Source: Marsupella aquatica (lineage: Eukaryota > Plantae > Marchantiophyta). From it: a DNA stretch of 64,000 nucleotides. Both the position numbers and the translations under genes were made by a program. This document shows, piece by piece, positions 1 through 13,396 of this stretch (position 1 is its first letter; each line of letters opens with the position of its first letter). Where the stretch lies: positions 21,092,169-21,156,168 of the forward strand of contig OZ316891.1 of the NCBI GenBank assembly GCA_973895155.1. Direction: 5' to 3'. The notes below the pieces were generated by a model. The model was not told where the DNA came from and ran no database searches. It saw only the letters and a program-made list of their open reading frames with translations.

Positions 1-1599
1 AATCTGTGATGGAGAGAACCTGAAGGACTGGCAATAGACCTTAGTTAGAAGCGAGTCATCAAGCAATTGTTCGATCCATTGAGGTAGGCGCCAGTTTCAA
101 TGGACTCATCAGTCGCACTGTCCGGAAGTGCACGACTCTTATAATCAATCCAGACGTCAGATCGACTCATAATCAATCCAGACGTCAGATCGATAGAGTT
201 GGACAGTCAGAACTGTCTCATACATAGTGTACCCTCAGCTGTAGAGCAGCTACTTTTTCAACGCATGAAATGGGCGACCTACGTACGAATGAATGATCGT
301 GACCAGATCATGATCGAGTAAGTCCTAACTTTCAGAAATTCTACCGCACGACTCGTCTCACCAGGAGACATTAATATACTCTATACAATCGCAAACAGAA
401 AATACAGGAATGGATGATTGTCCCCTGCCCTTGTTAAGTATTTGTCAATTAAGTTGATTCCTCGATGAAAGTCCTCGATCAATTTTAATCGGTTCTGTCT
501 AGCAGCTCATGAAGTATGAACCGAGCAATGGTCCAGATCGCAAGGACCATTTAAAGAGTCCCACGATCGACTCTGAAAGCTCGCCCCACAACGCAATGCT
601 TCATCGATCAAATTCAGGAGCCGTGCTATGCAGACCAAGATGAATCTAACAATGCCCTGAATAGCGGTCAACCTCTACACCGGACTAGCTCGTCCCCGCA
701 TAATTTTGTTCAGGTTGACTGAAAATGAATTAAGTTAATAAAGATGATCAATCAGACTTACCAGCAACGATTGAACATTCCATACATCGAGTCCCGAAAC
801 CGTTGTCTCAATTACTATTCTACGCTCATTAGGGTTCTATTATAAAATCCTCAGCAAGGATCAGCCTTCCAAAATATAGCTCTCTCGTTGATTATAGCAG
901 AGGTTGGGGACATAGAGTTCACCACAATTCAGCGAAGCCCTTCCAGAAGTTTGTGTTCGTAGGGACTGATATTTTGAGGTTGGTCGATCATGAACCATGG
1001 CTGCGATTAGCACCAAGCCTTCTTTCTGTCGTTCTCGTCTGCCAGTAAATTTGAGTACGAAGTGTCGGTCGAGGTGCCAGACTTGCCATGTCTACCTCTT
1101 CTGTCTTTGTCCAAAATTTCGAAGCTTTCATTGGTCCCCACTTCCCAGCAAAGTCGCCACCCCAGGCATGGATTCTCCATTCCTCGAGTGAAGGCCCTAG
1201 ACGGCCTGCATTTGCAAGCCAACTCTTCCCCCCACAGAAGGAACTCCTCCCCAACAGAAGAGGTCCCTTACTCGGTTCCCTGGAATCAACTGGCCAGCAA
1301 AACCCATCCCGCCCCCTTTGCCGGGCTTGCCATTCCCAGATTTTTCACATCCCCCAACCCCACCTAATTCTATCACTTGAACCTCAAAGGTCAACTCCTT
1401 GTAGGATGTTACCATTCCGGGCTTCACTAGGGCATCTCAAACACGGTCAATTTTCACGAATGAACCAGGCTCGGGAGTGTTTCAGGCAGAGGCAGCAGGA
1501 AGGACTGGTTGGGCACCAAATGTGAGGCCGGACTGTCATGCCTGGGAGTCATGACCGAAAAGGAGGGCCTGACTGCTAGTTTGGATTCTTTCTTTCAGA

Positions 1600-1850
1600 G
1601 GGAAGTCCCATATCACATGCTCAGTTTTGGGGAATAAACACCCTAAAATATAAATAAATCATATTTTTAATCACTTGTTTACCTCTAACTTTTGGGAAAT
1701 CATACTCTTGGAATATTCACACATTTCATTTTAGAAAACCCTATAATCCTTATAGTTCTCAAAAGTGGACCCCTAATGTTCTTCCACAAAACTTGGCACG
1801 TGATTGGTCGGAAGGCAAAAAGTGAGGACCCCCAGGGCAAGATGGTGGCT
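1600..1850 (+). repeat. Dispersed repeat core shared with about 17770-18040 and 19215-19520 (non-autonomous DNA transposon family)
   Basis: Same ordered motifs in all three copies: CCCATATCAC..GTTTTGGGG.AATAAACACCCTAAAA...CCCTA(T/A)..GTGAT(T/G)GGT..GTGAGGACC. Confidence 0.7.
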
Positions 1851-3648
1851 TGAGGCCCATCCCCAAGCCAATCCAGCCATACCTCCCTGTATATGTCTTC
1901 AGAGGAGTTCTTGACAGTCATGTGTCTTAATATGGGGTTACCACACTTCTTGTAGGCCTATCTACTTCGTGCACCTGTGGGAAGGGGTCCATATTTGTTG
2001 GTGCAGTTTGGATCATGGCAAAACCATAGATGTTCCTCCACTACTGCAGTAGCATGTGTGAGGGCCGGATGCTTCTGCCAAAGTTCTCTCCAGGTCTTTG
2101 ATATGCGTTCAATTGGAGGTGGTACTTGAGTCACCTGGTCCTACACTACCGTGATTACGATGATGGTCGGTGTAATTTGGCTGATGTATTGCTGGCAAAC
2201 CCTTTCGGCATTATTGGGTCAACAGTGGCAACAATAGCTAGAGCACCGACAAGCGGCAACAACAAAAGAGGTAAACTATGTCACTTGAGCTTCATCTTAT
2301 AGTTTTCTACCCCTTGCTCTGATTTGGGATATTGGGCAACTTCATCATTACTTTGACAAACAACTCACTATATTTATGGATGGATGAGTCCCACCAGACT
2401 GGGTTATCTATTTTGACCAGGCACTGTTGTCAGCATATTTCACTCACTGACATTCTAGTGTGCTAAAGCAACTCTCTATCATAGATCTCTCAGGGTGGAT
2501 GTTAGTGTGCCTCCATGTCCCACAACTTGCAGATTTAGTTATGAGGGGGTAACGACACTATATGTGGACCATTAGGATTTGTTACATTTGCTTTAGTGTA
2601 AAACCCCAAACTATGTCAGGTGTCTGAAGATTTATTTCCCATATCTCGAAGGGTATATACTCACATCCTTCAGCCAGCAATTCCAACAAAATAAAATTAT
2701 ATAAAGGAGATTGTATTAAGGAGCCTGAATGCCTATTCTTTGAATATTGATAAAACTGATCACAAAAATAATCAGGTTCGTGATCATTTTGACATAATCA
2801 TTTAAAAATGTTTCCTTTCCATCCACGTCAATATTGGTGTGACTTTGAACCCCATGATATATTGGTTTGACCCAAGCCAGGTTCTAGAGTCTTCACTCTA
2901 CAAACCTAGACCTCAACTTTAGCTTCTTAATCAATATTTCATTATTCTTTCCATCCACATTAATTTGCAAGTGTATTAGAGTCTTGCATCCATATAAATC
3001 TTGGTGTGGCAATAGAGGTAGAGTCTTCACTCTAGAAATCTACACCCCAAGAGTAGGGGGTTTAGACTTTAGACCATAGCTAGCTGGGCTCTAGAGTCAA
3101 GGTCCTCGGTACATCAAAATGTGAAGGTACATCAAAACATGACATGCTGTGTGTACAACATCATTCTATATCATGATCATCTTTATTATTTTCTTCATAA
3201 ACCTTGTTATTTTCTTCAATCCATATGATCATAAACCTTCTTATTTTCTTCACTCCATATGATGATAAACCTTGTTATTTTATTTAAATCAGCACACAGT
3301 ATATTAGCCAAAAAAAACATTATTGGCAAGGTTAGCGTGGCCAGGCTAAAGTCCCGGGGTCTAGCCTTAGGGTCGTGACCTTTATTAGTTACAGTAGAAT
3401 GATGTCTGGTGAACAAAATGTCCTCGAGGCACACGCCTCTTAAAATCCACGAGCTCCTGAAATTTTTTGTCAAGTCCTCATCAGTCTAAAACTTATGTGA
3501 GGCCTATATCTCCAGCCAAGGATGAGTATGACAGAAACTCCATCGAGACGACCACTAGACAGCCAACTGAGTACTTGATTCACAAATTCCCTCCCTCGAC
3601 AGGTCCATCGACACTCTCTGACTCAGCACTCTCCCTTGATCCGTCGTC

Positions 3649-4837
3649 ATGCCAACTGAAGAGATTTTTCGTAGTCAGCCTCCTTTCCCGGATGATGTGC
3701 CGACAATTAATCTTCCGAGACTGTCATATGGAAGATTGCTCGCTTTTGACCCATCCGAGTCCAAAAGACTCTTTGAAGCCAGTACACACTATGGCTTCTT
3801 CTTGCTCGACCTTCAGGACACACCAGAAGGCGAGAGTTTTGCGAAAGATGCAGCCGGTGTCCTCGAACTCGACCGCGAAGTCTACGCTCTCGATATTTCG
3901 GAGAAGCTGAGATTGACAGGCCTTGAGCTGACGCAGCTTAAAACGGTTGGGTGAGGACCCTCCCCCTGTTCCAGTTGCTAGACGGGATCAATGCGGCTCT
4001 TCGATCTTTGAGGTATATGATTATGTATGGCAAGTAGAAGAGCTAAATCCTGTGCTCACATGTAGGTACAAGGCCCTTGGATCATGGAAGCTAGAGAGCG
4101 GTGAACCAGACTGCTTCGAATCTTACAGCGTCAGTCAGGATAGTGTCCTCGACGCAAATGCTCCCGCAGCCTACGCGTTGCCCATTGAAAGATCGAAGGC
4201 GCTTCTGAAGTCCTTCATTCATCATGGCCACGACATTTGCACTCTGATCCTCGGCCATCTTGACACTCATTTGGATCTCCCGTCTGGGACTCTTGCCTCG
4301 CTACATCCAACTTCGAAGCCCTCGATGACGACTGTTCGTCTTATCCACATACCGCCCCAGCCGGCCGGGAAGCGGAAAGCCTCTATGGTCGGGCACACTG
4401 ACACCGGGAGCTTAACCATACTCTTCAACGTAGTTGGCGGATTGCAAATCCTTCCACCAGGGTTTGCGAACCAAGACTGTAACTGGCGATGGGTGCGACC
4501 AGAGCCGGGATGTGCAATTGTCAACATAGCCAACGCCTTGGTTCAATGGAGCGGAGGGGTTCTGCACAGCAGCATGCACCGCGTGATGTACGCGCCAGGC
4601 CAACAGGCCGAATGTGAGCGGTACAGCTTTGCGTATGTGCTCAAGCCGGACAATCAGGCTTCGATGCGGAGACTAGTTCGCCCAGCGACTTCGACGACTG
4701 CAATGGTGAAGGAGGATATCGAAGACGATCACTACATTTACAAAGATTGGCTTAAGATTAAAAAAGTACCCATGCAAGGAAAGAATCTCGTTACAATCAG
4801 CAGTGTTTCTGACCGCGATCATACTGAAAGCCGATAA
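3649..4837 (+). CDS. 2-oxoglutarate/Fe(II)-dependent dioxygenase (DIOX_N + 2OG-FeII_Oxy), fungal-type; copy 1, apparently intact; join(3649..3950,4066..4837), 357 aa
   Basis: GT-AG intron 3951-4065 joins KTVG/YKALG in frame. Motifs: GFFLLDL, HTD (HxD), GGLQIL, distal H in MHRV, RYS (RxS). Confidence 0.92.
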
Positions 4838-5550
4838 AAGTGTCTGGATGGCTGTTGACTAGAGAACGGGTTAGGGAAACTGTCGGTCCGATCATGGACT
4901 TCCTCCATCTCCCGGGGAGTTCCTCCAAAGTTCATGGCGGAAAGACTAAAATATTGTGATGATTAGACTGGATATTCTCTAGTATGTTTTATTTGCCCCC
5001 AGAGTATCCGCAGTTGCCGATATTGGTCCATAGACTTTCTTTTCTGTAATTGAATATGATGCCAAGTAGCATTGCCGACCGTCCCTCCAATTAGTCCTGT
5101 CTGTTTCTGTCAAAAACTTGACAAACGGGAACCATTTAGTAAGTACAGAGACTACTTCGCTACTGTTCTATCAGCCGCTTTCTTTAGAAGGTTCCGGGTC
5201 ATCTTTGCGCTCAACTCAGAAGGATCTGCGTCCTTGCTCACAAATTTCAGTGCGGGTCCGTCTGGTCATAGAACATCGGTTACCTCATGTAAAATATTTG
5301 GGTTCTCACGTAGACACGGGGTCACCTGAGAATTGTTAATGTGAGCATTCAGATAGAAGGGATTCATCGTGATATAACTTAGAACGATTCTTACGGTTAA
5401 CATCTTGTCTTGGTCCATGTGTCAGTTCATGTTATTGCATTGGAACAACATATGAATAATAAGATTCTGTGAAGGCATTGACAATATTGGTTGCAGCTAG
5501 GGAGTTTGAGCTTTCAAGAAACTTGGCTCAGAATGCGACAACTTTCTCCA

Positions 5551-5740
5551 GCTATTTGGGGATGTAGTAGGACAGTGCCCTACTGCCATTGCAGTGTAAA
5601 ATAGTTTTAGGCTTTGCACGGTTGCTTTTGCATACAAACGAGGTTGCTATTTGGCGATGTAGTAGGACAGTGCCCTACTGCCATTGCAGTGTAAAATAGT
5701 TGTAGGCTTTGCACGGTTGCTTTTGCATACAAACGAGGTT
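5551..5740 (+). repeat. Tandem duplication of about 96 bp, specific to block A
   Basis: GCTATTTGG.GATGTAGTAGGACAGTGCCC...CATACAAACGAGGTT occurs twice here but once in block B (about 55689-55783). Confidence 0.85.
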
Positions 5741-6971
5741 TAGATTGTTCGTTTTGCGATTTCCGAGTAGCGCTGCTTGGGCATATCCCATGCGTGTATA
5801 TTTGAGTTTTACAAGGGTAGGAGACAGTGAGAGCTACTCCAAAATTTTCAGTGCAACCTCTTCAAGCGCATCTTTTACACTGGCGTCGAGGCTCAATCAT
5901 ACCCGGTTATGGAAGCATAAGCCTGCCTGTTCCAAATTAGATGGCTACTAAACACGACGTTTTCTTTATTCTAGGAGTGCAGCAATTGTGTACGAGACTG
6001 CGGATTCGAGGTTCTACATGTCTTGCAAAACCTTGAAACCGTTCCATGTTTGTGGGTCTTGCCATCTGGCTGGAGGCTTTATCGTTCAGTTTCAATGACT
6101 TGTGCTTGAGATTTCCTTCGGTATAACATAACAGCAACTGCGTAGCCTATCACTGATGCCCGAAGTTCCGTCTCCAGTTGGCTTGTCTCCACCTGCTCCG
6201 TACCACCAGAGCAACTTTCTCTACTGTCGTCTCCTTGTTCAAAGCCGTGGAATTGTAGGGGAGAGAATGAAGTTTTCTTTGGCAACGTGCGAGCCCATGT
6301 CTGCCCATGAGTTCAGCTAGTGGAGCGCACAGCTTATCAATCACTTGGCAAAAAATGAGAATTACCAAGTTCTATTGTTTGGATTCAATCCCTGTTTCAG
6401 TTGGGATTCTTTGAACTCCACTATTCTCGAGGACGTTCCTTCCCAACTTTCACATTGACTTGCTGGTATGTGGTTTTGATTTCGATATATTCTTCGCTGT
6501 AAAGGACAAAACCTTCCATCTGAGCACCACCACGTCAATGTTTCGAAAACTGGAAGAACTTTGAACTCTCGCAAAACATCCTTTCACCATCTGCGCAATG
6601 AATCCTCCAACTGAATTCCAACTCAAGTCCTGGAAATACACGTCGAGCTAGCTGTGATTTCTTATAGTAACGTCAGCGGAGTGATGGAAGTTCGCAGTGC
6701 GGTTGGGAGGCTTCGGTCCACAGTATAATAATTATCCAGAGCTTCCGCATTTCCCAAATGACATGGCATTCAGGTACCGCTTCAGAGGAGAGATCGTAAA
6801 CTCTAGCCCAGACGAAAGTTCATTGTTACATTGACCATTGGAAAATAAATACAGTACTGCAATAATCCATATGTACATTACAGGGGTTGGCGTCACCTCC
6901 GATATCAGGCAATGCTGGTAGCGCTGTCTCACTGTTCCGACAAAAGTCAATTGATAAATCTTCTCATTGAC

Positions 6972-8665
6972 CTAACGTGCATTTCCGTAGCTTCCATGAT
7001 ACTGAGGCACACGCCCATTGGGAAGGGGGTTATAACCAGTAGATGATTTTGCAGCTTGTGTAGACACCAACCTTCGCACCTTATTCTTGTCTTGTTGTTC
7101 TCGTTTCCACCTCTCTGCTCGCAACTCTTCCACTGTCTTTTTCTTAGACTTGTCTTTCTTGTTCCCCGAACTACCTGAAAGATTGAGTTAGCCAGCAACA
7201 GAAAATAGGTTAGGTCTAGCGAAAACCCGTCGACAGTATTACCAAATTACTCCAGCCACGTTACAAGATAAACAATCCGAGCCCATGTTCCTCCCTCGAA
7301 AGAAGGAAACCCAAGACAAGCAATTGGCTGCTGACCTTCAAGGCTACGGATACGTATGCCACTTAGAACAGACTTCAACGGCTACAAGGGGACCTAGAGC
7401 AGCAAACTTTCAAAGTGTAAACCTAATTCTGCCAACTCATCCTCAACCAATTCACAGACTAGCATGCCAGAAGTAACAATACAAAAACAAAGAGATCCTT
7501 ATAATAATCTTCTTGCTATGATCCAGTTGCTAACAAATATAAGAATACCAAATTTATCGCAATCACCATACTACTGTAGAAGGCCGATCATTCAGGAGAA
7601 AGCAACTGTATAGAATTCAGAAGTCAAAAACGCAGATCCAATTAGAGAACCACGACTATCTTCGATTACTCCAGCCTAAATTGCTGCTACGGTGAGAGAC
7701 CCGGCATGATTTTCCGACCCTCGTGATGTTCACGAGCTAGACGATCACAACGTACTCTTGTCCAGTTGCAACCGAGAGGGGCCCAAAATCCTCAGTCTAA
7801 ACTTCGCCTATCAAATACTAAAGCTGAGAAGGACACATCGGATGAAAGGTTTTCAGGGTTTGACAATAATTAGAACGACGTCAGGAGAGTCTCTTTCATT
7901 CTACGAAACCAAAAAGCAATGTTAAATGTTTTAATATCAACTAACCCATTATCTTCTGATGTGGGGAACATTCCGTCAAAATCAATACAATCAGAACCAA
8001 TACATACCAGCTATCTGTAATTTCGAATCGGATTTTCGTTGCCCGCAGTCCGCCGAGCTGGTTGTGTCTACCATGAAGCTTTTGTACGTATACCACGGCT
8101 TCTTCCCATTTTTGTCCAGCAACCCATGGCCTAAACCGTAATTCTCATTCACAGGCTCTCCTGTTGGTTTCCCATCCACTTTCTCTACCCCTGCCTCCGC
8201 ATTTCGCTCCTTCCGCGACCCCTCCTCCCTTCCTCTTTTGCTCTCCCTCTCTTCACCACCCTTCCTGCTACCCTTCGCCGGTCGATCCTGACCCCTACCG
8301 TGAGAAGGCCCTTCCGCTAGTGCTCTAGCCTCAAAATCTGCGAAGAAGTTGATATGCTGTGGCCTCTCCGCACCCGCGGTCGATTCTCTCACGACAATCG
8401 CACCCTCCTCAGCAACACCCCCTACCAAAGACGACGATGCTCTTTCTGAACTCTCTAGCTGTTCTACTCGTCTCCTCTTCGACTGATTAACTTCTCGTAG
8501 AACATCCAATTTGAACTCCAACTCCGCCTGCCGAGCCTTTTGCCGCCGAATCCGCTCTTCCAGGGCCGCGGCTTCCTCATCTTTTCGCACTCGCTCCCGG
8601 TTGTCGAAATTGTAGACGTTCCAGCGCTTCTGTGGGAGGATGTTCAACCCTCCGTGGCCACCCAA
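6972..8665 (-). pseudogene. Cir_N-domain / LENG1-like protein, copy A; start codon mutated to TTG; exons 8665-8008 and 7174-6972
   Basis: (L)GGHGGLNILPQKRWNVYNFDNRERV N-terminus. GT-AG intron 8007-7175. Exon 2 reads KKKTVEELRAERWKRE...YHGSYGNAR*. The paralog has ATG and ERLKRE. Confidence 0.75.
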
Positions 8666-11231
8666 GACGGATGCCTCTCTCTCTCTGTGCCTCAGTCCAG
8701 AAATTTCACCCTTTTTCAGAAACCCGAATTCGAGGAGAATCAAGCGACGATAAATCCTCTGTTCAGTCCACAAATTCTCCTGCGCTGGAACCAATTTGAT
8801 GGCGTGGCGAATCGATCAAGAGAAAGTAGTTCTCGATCAAGAGAAAGTAGTTCTCTCTCTCTTTGGCTAAGTCCAGAAATTTCCCTGCGTTGGAAACGCG
8901 TTAATGTCGAGGAGAAACAACCAAAAGAAGTCAGGTCTCTCGATTTCGCTTCGTCTGAAAACTCCCCTCCCTTGAGAACGACTTGATGTCTGATGACGAG
9001 ACCCAACGACGGGAAATTAGGTCTCTCGCTTTTGCCCAATCCACAAATTCCCCTTCGTACGAAACGACTCGAGTCAAGTGAGGTTTCTCTCGTCTATGCG
9101 GTCCAGAAGAATTCCCTTTTGTTCGAAACCACTTGATGTCGAGGAGAATCAGTCACGAGGAGTTCGGGCTCTCGATTTTACTCAGTCCAGAAGTTGTGTG
9201 AACTACTAGGGCGTCTCAATCTTTGCTGTTCTTTTTTTTCAGTCGGCCATTCTAAGAAATCTACAATCTAATTCCAGCCATTTTGGTGGCCAATAATTAG
9301 CCAAAAATCTACCTAGAAAATGGGCCGGCTTGCCTAATGATACTGGGCTAAATTGAAAAACTCAGCCATTTGTCACATGAGGATCAAGGGCTGGCATCAT
9401 TTGCCAGCAAGATAAAGGTTGTTTGCTTGCTGCTCATTACCATGCAATGTACATAGTCACTCGTAGCCTGTCATCAAAGGTTGCCATACTTTGTAGCTGT
9501 GGAGTGCTTGGCATCCCAAGAAGGTTCCCAACAAGTTAATTTCAAGTAGTGCTAACTAGTCACAAGTGACTTTTAAGTTGCAGTTTCTATTAAAGAGAGC
9601 AGTTGTTCAAGTTACCATTTGCCACCTGAGCGCATTGCTAAACTTTAGGATATTTGAGTTTCAGTTTCTATAAAACAGAGCAGTTGTTCAAGTTACTGTT
9701 CACCACCTGAGTGCAGCGCTAAACTTTGGGATTAGTCAGTGAATCTACTCTTAACCACCACTAGCCAAATAAAAGGGGGAAGTGTCCAAGTCTTCTTCCA
9801 TTTTCACTTTCCTCACATTTTTCTCCTCTCCGGTCACATATTGCTCCACCAATTCAGAAAAGGATACTATTTACAGTGAAACCTGGTGTAACAAAGTTAT
9901 TGTCATTGCTAGTGGTGGTTTCAACTGCCACTGTCCATATAAATAGCATAAGCGCCAAAGTGCGGTCGCTTCATTCTCTTGTCTACTGCCCATAGTAGCT
10001 CTGCGAAACCCCCCCCCCCCCCCTGCCAAGGCTCACTATAACCAGCCAGTCTGAGCTTTGTCATCCATGGCCATGGTTCACAAACACAAAGACATCGTGG
10101 GACGCTGGGCCTGACGGAATGGAGCGACACTACAGTAACATTTTAGAAAGAGAACATGTTGTAATAAACAGCAATTGAAGGGACTTGTAGTGGACACATA
10201 TAGAAAGAGTGGCTCAATTTAATGTTAGTCCTCAGGAATGCTGGAAAGTTATCGAAGGTCCGAGAAGAAAGGAAACCGGGGAACATAATTGACACTATCA
10301 GTGTTTGATATGCAGATTTTAGTATTGAGATCCTTACTAAAAGAAACTGTGTTCTCTTCTTCCAACCAAGCCCTTATTCTCCAATTTTTTGTTTTGACTT
10401 CAATCTGTTGATCTGGTGTAGGTAACTAAGGAACTTAGTACAGGAAACACAAATTTCCTGATATAAAGTTTTTGCAGAAATGTTCCTCCGTGAAGAGGAG
10501 TTGAGGATGAAGTTTTTTTTTTGGGGGGGGGCAGACAAAGACGAATGGCATTGGAAAACTACTCTAATGACGTCGGTAGATAGAGATGGTCGGATTGGCC
10601 TGAAGTCACCCTCCAACGCCTTTCCCTCCAGAAGAAATAATCCAAGCTCGGTCCATTTCAGGTGCCTCAACGAGGATGCTAGAGAGGGTGAAAGTGTGCA
10701 TACGCTCAATGAGGTCAGCCTGAAGACGGAGAGACTCAAACTTAAGGATAAAAACTCCTGAAAAGAAGGTAACGCGATGCATACAAGATCTGGTACTGAG
10801 GAGCGTGCGTTGCGCCAATGAACCTGAGTGAAATGGGAAGGAACCCTCCTCAACCTCCATAAGAAATGAAAGTAAAAAAGGGTGATCCTCAACAAGGAAG
10901 CGATCAGCCAACAAAGAGGACAAGGCCAATGTCCAATGTTTTTGCTTCACCTTGTTTGGTAACAATAACATGATGCTCCCTCAACCGTTCTTCTCCATAT
11001 TGTCCATGTTCTACCAACCGCCTTCATTTCTGCTTTTGATTCCTGACCTGTCTTCACTCCTGCTCTATTTAGTGAAGACAAGAAGGCCCAGGAGTAGGTG
11101 AGCCCCCAAACCTACTATAGCATTAGGTTTTTAGAAATCAAATTCATGGCATGATCAACAGGAGAAATGGCTCCGGGCATCCTCATTGCAGTTTCTCTTC
11201 TTTGTTCACTTGCTCATCCTCTTCAATTCTT

Positions 11232-11587
11232 TTTTTTTTTGCCTTGAAAACCAAAAACAGGCCCATCCAATAGAGGATAGATGTCCTGCTTTGGAGCATA
11301 CATTTCTATGTAGAGTAGCCACAAGGGGACAATACCCAGGGATCCAACAAGGACCAGACCAGGACTCTAGAGAGAGGATTAAACCAGAACCCAAAGTGGG
11401 CAACCAGGGCTGAGGAGATAATCAATACTCCCACCACTACACCCCACCCACACACACAATACCCTCCACACCCCTTGTGCGTGGAGGGAGGATTGAACCT
11501 GGGACCTCTCAGTTCTAGGCTCATCCTCTGGTCAATTGACCAAAGCCAGTTGGTTTTAGGCTCATCCTTTGGCCAACTGACCAAAAC
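11232..11587 (-). mobile_element. tRNA-derived SINE with poly(A) tail and 17-bp TSD
   Basis: TSD CATCCTCTTCAATTCTT at 11215-11231 and 11588-11604. Poly-T on + at the left end. B-box GGTTCAATCC (minus, 11490-11499) with an A-box-like TGGTCAATTGACC upstream. Empty site at about 50135. Confidence 0.85.
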
Positions 11588-11925
11588 CATCCTCTTCAAT
11601 TCTTGGTCTAACGTCTCAAAACACTACTGTAAATAATTATTATTATAGAATGGAAACCGCCTAGCTACCAGGATCGTAGAATACTAGAATAGATCGACCC
11701 AAGGACTTATAATAAATTCAAGACTACAGGTGTAGTGTAAACCCCAAACTATGTCAGGTGTCCGTAGATTTATTTCCCGTATCTCGAAGGGCATATACTC
11801 ACATCCTTCCGCCAGCAATTCCAACAAAACAAAATTATTAATATTAAGGCGCTTGAATGCCTATTCTTTGAATATTGATAAAAGTGACCACAAAAATAAT
11901 CAGGTTCATGATCATTTTGACATAA

Positions 11926-13396
11926 CCGTTTTTTACTATCCTGTCCCCGAAACTGGTCATTATTGTCAACCTGTCCCCCAAACTATTTTTATTACTAGGC
12001 TGTCCCCCTTTTCGTATACTGGTTAGCTTAACCAGAGTTCTTAACCCGAGGTCCCTTGGGATTGGTTGCTTGCCACATGGCGAGGCGCTATTGGGCCAGC
12101 CATAACTCGGGTGGAGGTGACCTAACCCGGGCCCGAGTAGGGCTTCCCCTCCCCCCAGGCACATCGCAGCCCAATAGAGGGCCGCCCGGTCCTATCTACC
12201 CGCAAAATCCCCCTCGATCGACGACACTCCTGAGTGGCCCGACGTTGTCTCCCCTCCCCCTTTGTTTTTTCCAAAGAAAAACACAGGCAATGTTTACACA
12301 TTGCCTTTGTGTGTACATAGTCGGGCCTTGAAGCTGCCGAGTCGGGCCTAGATCGATCGAATGCAGTAGTTGCGACTCACGAGGGGAGGGCTGGGGCGAA
12401 TGTGAGAGGATCGCCATTGAGAGGGCGAACTTACTAGCCGCAGCTGGGAGGGTGAGTGGATCAACTCTCGCTTATCCAAGCTCCTTCCTGAATGTTAGCG
12501 CAACTGTGGAAGGACGTGCCTGCAGGAGCAGATGTGCGAGGAATGCTTTAGCACTGGGGTGAAGTAGCTACAGCTATTGCTGGTGGTGGTGCTGTGAAGG
12601 ACTGAGCACAAAGTCGGGCTGTTGTTGTTGCTTCTCGCGGTTGTTGTTCAGGGATCGATTTCTAGTGGAGAAGGGCAGGAACGTAAGCAATGAAGCTTAG
12701 CACTATCATTCAGTTCTTATTGATCTGCATTTGTGCAATCCTGGCAATGTTGGGCACCTTCTTTTGTAGGGTCTCAGATGTGCTCGACTGTGCTCGGGAC
12801 CACCTGTACATAACATTTTTTTTTAATTTTTTAATTTTTTAATTGTTTGTTTATTCCGCGTGAACCCCACGGATGGGGGGGACCAAGCAGGCCAAAGAGG
12901 CAACAGCACCTCAAAGAGGGCAAAAAGAACATACAAGAAACCAGTTCCTTGAGTTGTAAGTGAGGTCGAAAGACCAAACAAGGCAGGCAAGTCAATCCAG
13001 AATTGTCAAACACATCAACATGCTACTTTTGAACTATTCTCTGCCCTGTCAATCACATTTAGGCAGGGTCAACACAAAGAGGTGGTAGAGTTATGAACAG
13101 ACCAGGATCTAACAGAGTTTTGCTACAATGAATGTTCATTGGTCATCCAGATTCTACCTGTCTAACACCAGTCCTCAAAATTCTATCTCTTTCACCCTCC
13201 AAGAGTGAAACCGCACTAACCAGTCGGGTATGCTTCCGGCTAGAGCCAGCTGTAGCACAACGGCAGACGACCTCGGGTTAAGAACTCTGGTTAAGCTAAC
13301 CAGTATACGAAAAGGGGGACAGCCTAGTAATAAAAATAGTTTGGGGGACGGGTTAACAATAACGACCAGTTTCGGGGACAGGATAGTAAAAAGCGA
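11926..13396. mobile_element. Non-autonomous Mutator-like (MULE) element, about 125-bp TIRs, 10-bp TSD
   Basis: TIR CCGTTTTTTACTATCCTGTCCCCGAAACTGG...AACCCGAGGTC is inverted at the right end. TSD TTTGACATAA at 11916-11925 and 13397-13406. Empty site at about 2788 in block A. Confidence 0.92.

Larger units (their letters stand above)
2597..10004. repeat. Segmental duplication block A (dioxygenase + Cir_N gene), paralogous to about 50440-60090 and partly to 11735-14510
   Basis: Collinear direct similarity throughout. Homology to block B ends at ...GTAGCTCTGC (10004 / 60090). Block B has about 3 kb extra (52031-54990). Confidence 0.9.

Noticed and set aside
990-1525. Possible LINE remnant (also 10500-10970)
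   Set aside because: Trp-rich fragments only; no diagnostic RT or endonuclease motif recognised.
11470-11555. tRNA gene
   Set aside because: No convincing cloverleaf; it is embedded in a poly(A)-tailed, TSD-flanked SINE.
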